This document shows positions 1 to 9,531 of a stretch of DNA of 35,093 bases, piece by piece; within the stretch, counting starts at the first letter, position 1, and each line of letters starts with the position of its first letter. Below the pieces are notes generated by a model. That model was given only the letters and a program-made list of their open reading frames with translations, made no database searches and had not been told where the DNA came from. Made by a program: the position numbers and the translations under genes. This stretch comes from Sphingomonadaceae bacterium (lineage in GTDB: Bacteria; Chloroflexota; UBA6077): the NCBI GenBank assembly GCA_050261575.1, contig JBLNDL010000090.1:1-35093 (forward strand), read 5' to 3'.

Positions 1-1128
1 CATCACGCCGAAGGTCGCGATGAGCGAGGTGGGGATGGAGATCAGGACGATCAGGGTGCTGCGCCAGGTGTGCAGGAAGAGCAGCAGCACCGCCGCCACG
101 ATGATCACCGCGTCCCGCAGGCTTCCCTCGACACCCTCCAGCGACTGCTTGACGAAGCGGGCATTGTCGACGATGATCGACACCTCCACCCCGGCCGGCA
201 GGGTGGTTTGGAGATCCTTGAGCGCCTTCTGAACCCCCTGCGAGACGGCCACGGTGTTGGCTGTCTGCTGCTTCTGGATGAGGAGGGCAACCGCCTCCCG
301 CCCGTTGCTCCGGCTGATGACGTTCTGCTTCTTGACGCCGTCCTCCACCGAGGCCACGTCCTTCAGGCGCACGAGGCTCCCGTTGGGACCCGCGGCCAGC
401 ACCAGGTTGCCCAACTGGTCCAGGGACTGGACCAGCCCGTACACGCGCACGCTATACTGGCTGCTGCCATCCTCCAGGTAGCCGGAGGGCGCCGAGAGGT
501 TGGCCCCTGCCAGAGCAGCGGTCACCTGGCTCAGGGCGAGCCCACGGCCCTCCAGCCTGGTCCGGTCCACGTTGACGCGGATCTCCCGTTCCTGCCCGCC
601 GTACACCTGCACGGCGGCAACCCCCTCGATCGCCTCGAGCTTCGGCCGGATGGTCTCGTCCGCCAACTGGTAGGCACCCTTGGGATTGCGATCCCAGCTC
701 ACCCCGGCGACGATGATCGGCTGGTCGTTCATATCGAACTTCATCACCGACGGGGCACGCGCCCCCTCCGGCAGGCCGGCGCGGATCTGGTCCAGCCGGC
801 GCGACACGTCCTGGATCGCCGCGTCCGGGTCCACACCGTCGTAGAACTCCATCGTCACGTTGGAGTAGCCGTCACCCGAGCTCGATCTCAGCGTCTTGAT
901 GCCGGGCGTCCCCGCCACGACGTTCTCGATCGGCTTGGTGACTCTGGCCTCTACCTCCCGAGGCCCCGCCCCGGGGTACACGACGGAGACACCCACCACC
1001 GGGATCTTGACTGCCGGCATGAGGTCTACGGCCATAGCCCGGTAGGCGACGATGCCCCCCAGCATGATGGCCAGGACTGCCATCAAGATCATCAGGGGTC
1101 TGCGAATGGAGATGGAAGTTAGCCACAT
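1..1128 (-). CDS. AcrB/AcrD/AcrF-family RND efflux transporter, N-terminal part (truncated by window start)
   Basis: Not in ORF track. Manual translation from ATG at 1128: MWLTSISIRRPLMILMAVLAIMLGGIVAY...VVYPGAGPREVEARVTKPIEN, a typical RND N-terminus; reads in frame to position 1. Confidence 0.92.
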   Translation of the reverse strand, partial: MWLTSISIRRPLMILMAVLAIMLGGIVAYRAMAVDLMPAVKIPVVGVSVVYPGAGPREVEARVTKPIENVVAGTPGIKTLRSSSGDGYSNVTMEFYDGVDPDAAIQDVSRRLDQIRAGLPEGARAPSVMKFDMNDQPIIVAGVSWDRNPKGAYQLADETIRPKLEAIEGVAAVQVYGGQEREIRVNVDRTRLEGRGLALSQVTAALAGANLSAPSGYLEDGSSQYSVRVYGLVQSLDQLGNLVLAAGPNGSLVRLKDVASVEDGVKKQNVISRSNGREAVALLIQKQQTANTVAVSQGVQKALKDLQTTLPAGVEVSIIVDNARFVKQSLEGVEGSLRDAVIIVAAVLLLFLHTWRSTLIVLISIPTSLIATFGVM

Positions 1129-1228
1129 GTCAGGTTCTCTCCCTTGTCCGATTCCGTCCTCAAGACGGCGACAGATTACAGGAGGGGGCTCCCACGGTGA
1201 TCGATTAAACAGAGGAATCCCGGATACG

Positions 1229-1256
1229 AAGAAAGGACCGCCTCTCGGCGATCCCT
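1229..1256 (-). terminator. Putative intrinsic terminator downstream of the 1281-1898 gene
   Basis: Minus strand AGGGATCGCC-GAGA-GGCGGTCCTT followed by TCTT; GNRA loop. Confidence 0.55.
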
Positions 1257-1280
1257 CTCCACCCAGGTAGTATAGGAGCG

Positions 1281-1898
1281 CTACGACGAATGTCGTACTC
1301 TGGACGGGTCCGCAGCCTTCTCCAGGGCCTTCTGCACATCGGCGGCAATGGCGCGACCGATGCGGCGGATGTAGGCCGGACGAGAAATCACCCCATAGCT
1401 GGTATCCTCCACCTGAAACTCCGCCCGAACGCGTCGCATACCGGCCTCACTGCGGGTTTCCATGTGCACCACTCTATCGTCTCGCCACGACAGATCCCCA
1501 TCGGAGGCGTAGGCGAGCTTCAACATCAGGCGTGCCTGCGCTCGAATGGGTGTCCAGAGCAGATCTCGTTCGGCGATCTCCACCGTGACCGCCGGTCCAT
1601 CGGGGTTCGCCGCAGGGGAATCCACGAGCCTGGTATCGCCGAAAAGCGTCCCCTTCTCCAGGAAGCTCACCAGCTCCCGCTTGAAGGCAACCTCCAGGGG
1701 ATCGTCCCCCGGAACGAAGACGGTGAGGGTGCCGGTCGGCCCCGAATCCCGCGAACCCTGTGGAGTCATGGAGTAGGTGCTCACCTGCGAGTTGGTCCGA
1801 GTCTGGCCGATCGCTGCCCAGAAGTCCACCCAGAAAAAGAAGAATCCCAACATCACGGCCAGCAGTAAGACTGCTATCGCCCCGAACCTTCGGTTCAT
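1281..1898 (-). CDS. Hypothetical protein with N-terminal membrane anchor (205 aa)
   Basis: MNRRFGAIAVLLLAVMLGFFFFW hydrophobic segment then a soluble domain; start lies 1 nt after the stop of the upstream small ORF. Confidence 0.75.
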   Translation of the reverse strand: MNRRFGAIAVLLLAVMLGFFFFWVDFWAAIGQTRTNSQVSTYSMTPQGSRDSGPTGTLTVFVPGDDPLEVAFKRELVSFLEKGTLFGDTRLVDSPAANPDGPAVTVEIAERDLLWTPIRAQARLMLKLAYASDGDLSWRDDRVVHMETRSEAGMRRVRAEFQVEDTSYGVISRPAYIRRIGRAIAADVQKALEKAADPSRVRHSS

Positions 1899-1899
1899 C

Positions 1900-2010
1900 T
1901 CACGGCGTCCCTCTCTGGAATACGTCGTACAGCAGCGGCGAGAGCAACACCACCAACAACATCAGAGAGAAGGACACCTCCGCCGACCACTCGTTCTTCA
2001 ACTCGGCCAT
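1900..2010 (-). CDS. Small single-TM protein (36 aa)
   Basis: MAELKNEWSAEVSFSLMLLVVLLSPLLYDVFQRGTP; GAGGGGG SD upstream; TGA-G-ATG coupling to next gene. Confidence 0.5.
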   Translation of the reverse strand: MAELKNEWSAEVSFSLMLLVVLLSPLLYDVFQRGTP

Positions 2011-2259
2011 GGGCCTGCTACCCCCTCTTCGCACCACCATCGATCCACCTCGAATCCATGCACGACGGACGCAGCCGCTGCGGTCACCACGGGCAGATCG
2101 CGCGTCACATCGACCTCCAGTTCTTAAGACACAGCAACGATCCAGTTGGTTTCAACTCTACCTATCGACACGGCAGGGCGGATCGGCCGAAGCGAGGAAT
2201 CGGCATACGACAAAAGGAGTGTCGCACCGGTGCCCTCAATTGGACCGAAGCCCGATAGC

Positions 2260-2279
2260 CCTACGACAAATGTCGTAGG
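2260..2279. promoter_or_regulatory. Inverted-repeat operator CCTACGACA-AA-TGTCGTAGG (candidate LiaR/NarL-type site)
   Basis: 9-bp perfect arms; related copies at 1282-1297 and 2206-2221; lies between divergent envelope-stress-type genes. Confidence 0.55.
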
Positions 2280-2532
2280 CGTCGTACGACGGGGGCGCAG
2301 AAGCCCCTCGACGACCCCCGCCTTTCCTCGTATGGCGAATCCCATCCATTGTGCGATACGCGAAGGGGGCACTTCCGGTACTCTGTGGCCGAACGCACCG
2401 GGAAGGGCCGGCAAGCGCCCAACAGACCAGGAGAGGCAGGCATGAGGGTCTGCCCAGGCAGAGCCGAAGGCACCCCTGCGGGGTATCGATGGGCGCTGTC
2501 ATCGCCGATTCTCGTGAGGGATGGAGGATGAA

Positions 2533-2994
2533 GTGAAGAAGCGACTGTATCGAAGCCGAACGGACTCCGTGATCGCGGGGGTCTGTGGAGGGGTGGGTGA
2601 GTACCTGGGAGTGGACTCCACCCTGGTTCGGCTCGTCTTCGTGCTGGCGATCCTGACCGGCATGAGTCTGCTGGTCTATCCGCTACTGTGGATCGTGATG
2701 CCCAGGGAGAACCTGGGGGATGCCTCGACCGGGGAACTGTACAGTTCCGCGACCCACGAGATGGCCGAGCAGGCGCGCAACCTGGGCAGCGCCGTGAGCA
2801 CCGGCTTGCGCGGCTCCAGCCGGCAGTCCGGGGTGCTGATGGGTGCGATTCTCGTGCTGGTCGGCCTCATCTTCTTGCTCCAGAATCTCGACCTGTACTG
2901 GCTTCGTTCGGACCTGATATGGCCGTTGCTGTTGGTCGTGTGCGGCATCCTTCTGATCCAGAGGCGGATCGGTGCGGCTCGAGGAGGACGTTAG
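2533..2994 (+). CDS. pspC: PspC-domain membrane protein with C-terminal LiaI/LiaF-like TM hairpin
   Basis: KRLYRSRTDSVIAGVCGGVGEYLGVD PspC signature; C-terminal GAILVLVGLIFLLQNL..IWPLLLVVCG; GGAGG at 2523-2527 favours GTG 2533. Confidence 0.88.
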   Translation: MKKRLYRSRTDSVIAGVCGGVGEYLGVDSTLVRLVFVLAILTGMSLLVYPLLWIVMPRENLGDASTGELYSSATHEMAEQARNLGSAVSTGLRGSSRQSGVLMGAILVLVGLIFLLQNLDLYWLRSDLIWPLLLVVCGILLIQRRIGAARGGR

Positions 2995-3972
2995 ATGGGG
3001 CAAGTGGGACCCAGCCGTCGCGGTGGCCTGATGACTCCGTTGATCCTGATAGTCGCGGGCCTGGCCTTTCTGGCGGGCAATCTCGGACTGGTGACCTGGA
3101 GCTTCTGGGAGATGGCCATCCGGCTGTGGCCAGTTCTGATCATCGCCGTCGGCCTGGACGTAATGCTGGGGCGAGCCCCGGCCGGATCGGTGTGGGCGAT
3201 TGTGGGCATCTTGGTGATGTTCACCCTACTGGCCGGCACGGTCGGAGCCATCGGCTGGTTCCTGGCGCCTCGATCCACCGCCAGCGAGACTGCGGCCGTG
3301 TCGCGACCCACCGTGGGGGTGGCCATCGCCGGGGAGCGTGTCAGCCAGCCGCTGGAGGGCGCCGAGCGGGGAGACGTGAACCTCAGCTTCGGGGCAGGCA
3401 GCCTCAAGGTTGGCGCCCAGAGCGAACCCTCGGGGCTGATAGAGGGCACGGTGACCCAGCAAGAGGGCGAGACGATGACCCGGGATTTCCACGTGAGCGA
3501 CGGCACAGCCTTCTTCGTGATGCGCAGCCGCGGCGAGTGGATGACCCCTTGGGACGACCCTGGGTCTCGAGCCGACGATCGCCGGTGGGATATAAGGCTG
3601 AACCCCGAGGTTCCACTCCGCCTGAAGGTCGACGGCGGCGTGGGGAAGGTGAACCTGGATCTGGCGCAGTTGAAGGTGGTGGACCTGGAGGTGCGCACCG
3701 GCGTAGGCAAGGCCGACATCACCCTGCCACGATACGGACAGTTGAACGCCTCCGTGGAGGGCGGCATCGGCAAGACCACCATCCTGATCCCGATGGGAAT
3801 GGCCGCCCGCATCCAGTTGGAGACCGGCCTCAGCAGCGTCGACGTGATGGGGAACTACGTACGCCAGGGCGAGGACTACGTCTCCCCCGGTTACGCTGAT
3901 GCGGTGGATCGCGTGGACCTCGTCATCAAGGGCGGCATCGGCAAGATAACGATTCAAGAGTACGGCTTCTAA
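2995..3972 (+). CDS. LiaF-like membrane protein (N-terminal TM region plus beta-repeat 'toast-rack'/DUF2154-like domain)
   Basis: PLILIVAGLAFLAGNLG..LWPVLIIAVGLD TM region; repeated GVGKV/GVGKA/GIGKT/GIGKI motifs; starts immediately after the pspC stop. Confidence 0.8.
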   Translation: MGQVGPSRRGGLMTPLILIVAGLAFLAGNLGLVTWSFWEMAIRLWPVLIIAVGLDVMLGRAPAGSVWAIVGILVMFTLLAGTVGAIGWFLAPRSTASETAAVSRPTVGVAIAGERVSQPLEGAERGDVNLSFGAGSLKVGAQSEPSGLIEGTVTQQEGETMTRDFHVSDGTAFFVMRSRGEWMTPWDDPGSRADDRRWDIRLNPEVPLRLKVDGGVGKVNLDLAQLKVVDLEVRTGVGKADITLPRYGQLNASVEGGIGKTTILIPMGMAARIQLETGLSSVDVMGNYVRQGEDYVSPGYADAVDRVDLVIKGGIGKITIQEYGF

Positions 3973-4055
3973 CCAACCCACCTCCGCATTGCGCTGCCGG
4001 CATCCGGCAGTTACACTTCCCTCGTCGGATTCAGCGACGAGACCTGGGAGTTGCG

Positions 4056-5495
4056 ATGAAGGACGTACCGAAGATCGCCCGCGACGGGGATGACTCGCCA
4101 GGAGGATCGTCGACGCCCCGAGGCGGGATCCCGAGCCTGTCTCGACGTCAGTTCCTGGGGCTGGTGGGTGCGGCGGCGGGCAGCCTCGCGTTGAGCGGCT
4201 GTGGCTCCTCCCTGCCTGCTCCCGCTCCCTCCCGCGCGGGCGAGAAGGTGCAGTTGGTGTACCAGGATGCTCGCGCGGAGTGGTTCCTCCCCACCGTGCA
4301 GCAGATGCTGGAACAGTTCCACGAGACCCACCCCAACATCCGCGTCTTCTACACCCCGGAGCCCGACAGCCCGAAGGACAAGGAGGAGAAGATGCTGGCC
4401 GCCATGCAGGCCGGCACGGCGCCCGACGTCTTCCAGGGATGCTGCTCCTGGTTTCCCATCTGGGCCCAGAAGGGATACCTCCTCGACCTGAGGAGCTACA
4501 TCCAGGCCGACCTCGATCGAGCAACCCTCGACGACTGGGACCCCGCCCAGTACCGCTACTTCTTCACCCGGGACGGGCGGCAGTACGGGCTGCCCAAGTA
4601 CCACGGCGCCCTCGCCCTCTACTACAACAAGGACCTGTTCGATCGGTACCACGTGGACTACCCGGACGACGGCTGGGATCACGATGACTACCTGATGGCG
4701 ATGAGACAGCTAACCCACGATACGGATCGCAGCGGCCAGCCCGACCTCTGGGGTAGCATGACGTACGTAAGCTGGGATCGCATCCAGATGCACGTCAACG
4801 GTTGGGGCGGCCACCTGATAGATCCGGCCGATCCCACCCGTTGCATGCTGGACAAGAAACCGGCGATGGAGGCCCTGGAGTGGCTTAGGGCGCGGATGTG
4901 GGACGAGCGCGTCATGGCAACCACGCTCGACGTGGAGAAGGCGTGGCCGAACGACGCCTTCGCCGCGGGCCGCATCGCAATGGTGGAGGACGGCTCCTGG
5001 AACCTAAAGCCCATCCTCACAAAAGCCGCCTTTCACGTGGGTGTGGCCCCCTTCCCAGCCGGGCCGACGCGGAAGGTGACGCTGGCCACCACAGACGGCT
5101 TCGCCATCTACGCCGGGACGAAACACCCGGAGGCCGCCTGGGAGCTGGTGAAGTTCCTCATCAGCAAGGAGTACGGAAGGGCCCTGGCGAAGAACGGATT
5201 CCTCCAACCCGCCCGGGCTTCGCTGCTCGACGAATGGACCGGCTTCGTCGAGCGGGAGTATCCCAACAAGATCAGCCATCGAGACCTCGAGGCCTTCGCC
5301 GACGGCCATCTGAAGGGCTACTCCGTCACGAGCGAGGTGGCCGCCAACATGGCCGAGGCCACACGCATCGCAACCGCCGCCTGGGACCAGATCCTCAGCC
5401 TGGGCCTGGCTCCAGTGACGATCATGAAGGATGCCTGCGCTCAGATCCAGGAGGCACAGAAGGGGGCAGGCGGAGGAGGCTCGTGCTGCGGATAA
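4056..5495 (+). CDS. Family-1 (sugar-type) extracellular solute-binding lipoprotein with Tat signal
   Basis: SRRQFL twin-arginine motif, LSGC lipobox, AGTAPDVF, LYYNKDLF and AAWELVKFL SBP motifs. Confidence 0.9.
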   Translation: MKDVPKIARDGDDSPGGSSTPRGGIPSLSRRQFLGLVGAAAGSLALSGCGSSLPAPAPSRAGEKVQLVYQDARAEWFLPTVQQMLEQFHETHPNIRVFYTPEPDSPKDKEEKMLAAMQAGTAPDVFQGCCSWFPIWAQKGYLLDLRSYIQADLDRATLDDWDPAQYRYFFTRDGRQYGLPKYHGALALYYNKDLFDRYHVDYPDDGWDHDDYLMAMRQLTHDTDRSGQPDLWGSMTYVSWDRIQMHVNGWGGHLIDPADPTRCMLDKKPAMEALEWLRARMWDERVMATTLDVEKAWPNDAFAAGRIAMVEDGSWNLKPILTKAAFHVGVAPFPAGPTRKVTLATTDGFAIYAGTKHPEAAWELVKFLISKEYGRALAKNGFLQPARASLLDEWTGFVEREYPNKISHRDLEAFADGHLKGYSVTSEVAANMAEATRIATAAWDQILSLGLAPVTIMKDACAQIQEAQKGAGGGGSCCG

Positions 5496-8209
5496 GCCCT
5501 TGGCGAAGCCTTCGGATCAAGATCATCGCCTGGTCCTTCATCCCCACCGTCATCATCCTGCTGGCGGCAGCCCTGGTCACCTTCTACGCCTACCAGCGGG
5601 TGACGGAAGACCTGGTGCTCGGCCGCAACCAGGAGCTGACCCGCCTTTCGGCCTCCCAACTGGCCGCCGACCTCATGGAGTACAGCAATGTCCTCACCGG
5701 CCTGGCCCGCTTGACCGACATGCACGACGACGACCCAGACCTCCAGCGGCTCTCCCTCAGGCGGGCCGCCAACCGGCTGGTGGTATTCGACGGCGGCGTC
5801 GTGGTCATCAACCGGTACGGGAGGGTGATCGCGACGGAGCCAGCGCGACCGGAGATCATGGACGCGAACTGGTCCAACCGGCCCTACCACTGGCAGATGC
5901 TTCACTCCGACACTCCGGCGTTTGCCGACGTCGCCGAGGACGGACCTGGCGGCTCGGCGGTAATAGTCGTCGCGGTGCCCATCCTAGGCGATCAGGGTGA
6001 GTTTCGGGGCACGGTAGCCGGGATGTTCCGCCTCGGGGCCACCTCCATCAGCGCCTTCTATGGCGGCATCGTCAAGCAGAGGATAGGGGAGAACGGCACC
6101 GTCTATCTGGTGGATGGCCAGGGCCGAGTGATCTACCACTCGGACAACGATCTGATCGGCACCGATTTCTCCAACCTGCCGATAGTGCAACAGTTGATGG
6201 CCGGCAAGTCGGGCCAAAGCCGCGGCACCGACGCCGAGGGGCACGACATCGTCTCCACTTACGCCCCGGTGCCAGGCACATCCTGGGGTCTGGTCACCGA
6301 GGAACGGTGGGGCAGACTGATGAGCTCCAGCGAGGGCTACCGGCGGTTCTTGATGTTGCTGCTGGCCCTGGGAGTGGTGGTGCCCGCCCTGGTCGTCACC
6401 GTCGCCGTCGGGCGGGTCACGGGACCGATCGCCAAGCTGATCGACGCCTCCCAGCGGGTGGCTGGGGGCGATTTCGGACAGACCATCACGGTCTCCACCG
6501 GGGACGAGTTGGAAGAGCTGGCCAGGCAGTTCAACCTGATGTCTGCCCAACTCCAGGAGTCCTATGCGGGCCTGGAGAAGAAGGTTGCCGATCGCACCAA
6601 AGAGCTTGCCACCCTCAATGCCATCGCAGCGGTCGTGAGCCGCTCGCTGGACCTAGAGGAGATACTACACGACGCCCTGGATAAGACCCTGCAGACCGTG
6701 GGCGTCGAGTCCGGAGGCATCTACCTTCTGGACAAGGCGAGCGGGGAACTGGCCCTCGCGGCCTACCAGGGCTTCGACCGCCGGTTCGCCGACGAGATCG
6801 ATCGACTGAAGGTGGGAGAGGGCTTCTCCGGTCGGGTGGTGGAGTTGGGGGAGCCCGTGGTGGCGGAGGACATGGAGACGGATCACTGGCTCACCCGCAG
6901 GATAGCCCACGACGCTGGCTATCGCTCCCTGGCGAGCGTGCCGGTCAGGTCTCGCGGCGCCGTGCTCGGCGCTCTCTTCGCCGCCACCCGGGACCATCGG
7001 GAGTTCACTCCCCAGGATGTCCAACTCCTCGGCTCCATCGGCCACCAGATCGGGGTTGCGGTCGAGAACGCGTGGCTCTTCGCGGCGGAGCAGCGCCGGG
7101 CGGAGCAGTTCCAGGTGATCAGCGAGGTCAGCCGCCGGATCACCTCCATCCTCGCCATCGAGGAGTTGCTGCGGGAGATCGTCCGCCTCATCAGGGAGAC
7201 CCTGGGTTACCATCTGGTTCAGATCGGGCTGGTCGAAGGGGATGAGGTGGTGGTCAAGACCGGCGTGGGCCCCTGCTGGGAGAAGCCGGGCTTCCAAGTG
7301 CCGCGCCTGCAGGTGGGACGCGACGGGATCATCGGCTGGGTGGCCCAGAGCGGCGAGCCGCTGCTGGCGAGAGACGTCAGCCTGGAGGCACGCTACCGCT
7401 ACATCCCCGAGGCTCCGGAGACCCGCTCGGAGCTGGCGGTTCCCCTGAAGACCCTGGACACGGTGATCGGGGTGCTGGACGTTCAGAGCGACAGACTGAA
7501 CGCTTTCGACGATAGCGACGTGGCGGTTCTTCAGTCGCTGGCCCACCAGGCAGCGGTGGCTATCCAGAACGCCCGCCTCTACGAACAGGCCCAGCGACTT
7601 GCCGTGGTGGAGGAACGCAACCGTCTGGCGCGCGACCTCCACGACTCCGTGACTCAGGCGGTATACGGCGTTACCCTCTACGCCGAGGCGGCGGCGCGGC
7701 TGCTCTCGGCGGGCCAGGTGGAGACGGCCGCGTCCCACCTCAGCGAGTTGCGCTGCACCGCACAGCAGGCGCTGCGGGAGATGCGCTCCCTCATCTTCGA
7801 GCTGCGCCCCTCGGTGCTGGAGAAGGAGGGGCTGGTGTCCGCCCTCCAGGCGCGGCTGGAGTCGGTGGAGGGGAGGACCGGGCTGGAGACGGAGCTGCGG
7901 GTAGTGGGTCAGGTCGAACTCTCCAAAGTGGTGGAAGAGGGGCTGTATCGCATCTGCCAGGAGGCGTTGAACAACGTGCTGAAGCACTCGCAGGCGCGAC
8001 ACGTCAGGCTGCACCTCCAGCGGGATGAGAAGGTGGCGGTCTTGGAGGTCGAAGACGATGGTGTGGGGTTCGACCCGTCCATCGCGGCCGACCGTGGCGG
8101 TCTGGGGCTCCGCGGGATGGAGGAGCGAGCTGCCCAACTCGGTGCCAAGATGACTGTTCGCAGCAGCCCGGGGGCTGGAACTACGATCAGGGTGGAGGTG
8201 TGTCCTTGA
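5483..8209 (+). CDS. Sensor histidine kinase: TM-dCache-TM-HAMP-GAF-GAF-HisKA_3-HATPase
   Basis: EERNRLARDLHDSVTQ H-box, QEALNNVLKHS N-box, DDGVGFD and GLGL G-boxes. GTG 5483 after GGAGGAGG is in frame with the track ORF from 4898. Confidence 0.92.
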   Translation: MLRISPWRSLRIKIIAWSFIPTVIILLAAALVTFYAYQRVTEDLVLGRNQELTRLSASQLAADLMEYSNVLTGLARLTDMHDDDPDLQRLSLRRAANRLVVFDGGVVVINRYGRVIATEPARPEIMDANWSNRPYHWQMLHSDTPAFADVAEDGPGGSAVIVVAVPILGDQGEFRGTVAGMFRLGATSISAFYGGIVKQRIGENGTVYLVDGQGRVIYHSDNDLIGTDFSNLPIVQQLMAGKSGQSRGTDAEGHDIVSTYAPVPGTSWGLVTEERWGRLMSSSEGYRRFLMLLLALGVVVPALVVTVAVGRVTGPIAKLIDASQRVAGGDFGQTITVSTGDELEELARQFNLMSAQLQESYAGLEKKVADRTKELATLNAIAAVVSRSLDLEEILHDALDKTLQTVGVESGGIYLLDKASGELALAAYQGFDRRFADEIDRLKVGEGFSGRVVELGEPVVAEDMETDHWLTRRIAHDAGYRSLASVPVRSRGAVLGALFAATRDHREFTPQDVQLLGSIGHQIGVAVENAWLFAAEQRRAEQFQVISEVSRRITSILAIEELLREIVRLIRETLGYHLVQIGLVEGDEVVVKTGVGPCWEKPGFQVPRLQVGRDGIIGWVAQSGEPLLARDVSLEARYRYIPEAPETRSELAVPLKTLDTVIGVLDVQSDRLNAFDDSDVAVLQSLAHQAAVAIQNARLYEQAQRLAVVEERNRLARDLHDSVTQAVYGVTLYAEAAARLLSAGQVETAASHLSELRCTAQQALREMRSLIFELRPSVLEKEGLVSALQARLESVEGRTGLETELRVVGQVELSKVVEEGLYRICQEALNNVLKHSQARHVRLHLQRDEKVAVLEVEDDGVGFDPSIAADRGGLGLRGMEERAAQLGAKMTVRSSPGAGTTIRVEVCP

Positions 8210-8865
8210 GCGATTCGATACGTGTGCTCATTACCGACGACCACAGCATCGTGCGCAAGGGGATCCGGGCTCTGTTGGCGACGGAGCCGGACATAGAGGT
8301 AGTGGGCGAGGCTGGGGATGGGCGGGAGGCGGTAGATCAGGCGCAGCGATTGCGGCCGGACGTCATCCTGATGGATATGGTCATGCCGCACATGGACGGG
8401 ATCGAGGCCATTCGCCGCATCACGGCGCTCCAGTTGGGGTCGAGGATCCTGGTGTTGACCAGCTTCGCCGCCGACGAAAAGGTCTTCCCGGCCATCAAGG
8501 CCGGTGCCCTGGGCTACCTCCTGAAGGACTCCGGGCCGGAGGATCTGGTGCAGGCCATCCGGCAGGTGTACCAGGGCCAGCCTTCCCTCCACCCCACCAT
8601 CGCCCGGAAGCTGCTGCAGGAGCTGGCCCAGCCCGCCGCACGACCCACGATCCCGGACCCGCTAACTGAACGGGAAGTGGAGGTGCTGCGGCAGGTGGCG
8701 AAGGGAGAGAGCAACCGGCAGATCGCCCAACAGATGGTCATCAGCGAGGCAACGGTGCGCACCCACGTCAGCAACATCCTCAGCAAGCTGCACCTGGCCA
8801 GCCGCACCGAGGCAGCCCTCTACGCCTTGAGGGAAGGCATCGCCACTCTGGAGGACCCTTCGTGA
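8206..8865 (+). CDS. NarL/LuxR-family response regulator
   Basis: REC domain (DDH, DVILMD, GYLLKD) plus LuxR HTH (LTEREVEVL..TVRTHVSNILSKL); TTG start overlaps kinase stop (TTGA); GGAGG at 8194-8198. Confidence 0.95.
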   Translation: MSDSIRVLITDDHSIVRKGIRALLATEPDIEVVGEAGDGREAVDQAQRLRPDVILMDMVMPHMDGIEAIRRITALQLGSRILVLTSFAADEKVFPAIKAGALGYLLKDSGPEDLVQAIRQVYQGQPSLHPTIARKLLQELAQPAARPTIPDPLTEREVEVLRQVAKGESNRQIAQQMVISEATVRTHVSNILSKLHLASRTEAALYALREGIATLEDPS

Positions 8866-9269
8866 TCACACTGCAGGTCCAAACCCGTGCACGTCAGGAG
8901 ATGGTCCGCATCACCCGGCAACTGGCCACGGCGGTGCGGGACGCCGGCTGGAAGAACGGCATCTGCACCGTCTTCGTGCCCCACACCACGGCGGGTGTGA
9001 CCATCAACGAGAACGCCGATCCGGACGTCGTCGTCGATCTGTTGTACGCCATGGAGAAGCTGGTTCCCACGAAAGATCCGGCATACCGGCACTCCGAGGG
9101 GAACTCGGCTGCCCACGTCAAGGCGAGCCTGATGGGCTTCTCCCTCAGTCTGATCGTGCGGGACGGCCAACTGGTGCTGGGGAGATGGCAGGACGTCCTC
9201 TTCTGCGAGTTCGACGGCCCCCGATCACGGCAGGTGGTAGTGGAGTTCGCCCCGACCCACAGCCCCTAA
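8862..9269 (+). CDS. yjbQ: YjbQ/UPF0047 family protein (secondary thiamine-phosphate synthase family)
   Basis: PHTTAGVTINENADPDV, HSEGNSAAHVKASL, LGRWQ..FCEFDGPR motifs; GTGA overlap with the regulator. Confidence 0.93.
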   Translation: MITLQVQTRARQEMVRITRQLATAVRDAGWKNGICTVFVPHTTAGVTINENADPDVVVDLLYAMEKLVPTKDPAYRHSEGNSAAHVKASLMGFSLSLIVRDGQLVLGRWQDVLFCEFDGPRSRQVVVEFAPTHSP

Positions 9270-9275
9270 CGAGAC

Positions 9276-9441
9276 GGTGGGGGCCGTGCCCGCTTGGCAG
9301 CGCCCGCTCGCTCGCGCTGCCCATGCGCCCGGCGCGGACACGGAGGTCCGCGCCGGAGAATGGGGATCCTCTGGCGTCGGTCGGGCGCCCCTACGACGGG
9401 ACCGGGCTGGGCGGTGACGCAGGTCCCCCCTGCAGTTCCGC
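9276..9441. repeat. Degenerate REP/MITE-like dispersed repeat, copy 1
   Basis: Shares GCGCYCGCTCGC with 19638-19704 and 22656-22747; shares GGGACCGG(G)CTGGGCGG..GTCC.CCCCTGC with 22656-22747 and CCCCTGCAGTTCCGCC with 19638-19704. Confidence 0.55.
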
Positions 9442-9531
9442 CGTTGCCTGGTTGGAGTGCCGGCAGGCGCTCTCGGGCCGGAGGAAGGCGAAGCCGCCCC
9501 GCCCGCGATAGAAGTGGCGGGCCATACCGGC

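Noticed and set aside
70..1122. 350-aa plus-strand ORF and other long antisense or alternate-frame ORFs (e.g. 6665-8137, 9928-11454, 19070-20971, 27931-29679)
   Set aside because: Shadow ORFs typical of high-GC DNA; they overlap well-supported genes and show no family motifs.
2425..2495. Glycine-riboswitch-like words (GGAGAG..GCCGAAGG) upstream of pspC
   Set aside because: No CTCTCAGG element or matching stems; gene context does not fit.
4898..5482. 195-aa N-terminal extension of the histidine kinase
   Set aside because: Overlaps the SBP gene out of frame and is Arg/Gly-rich; a strong SD supports GTG 5483.
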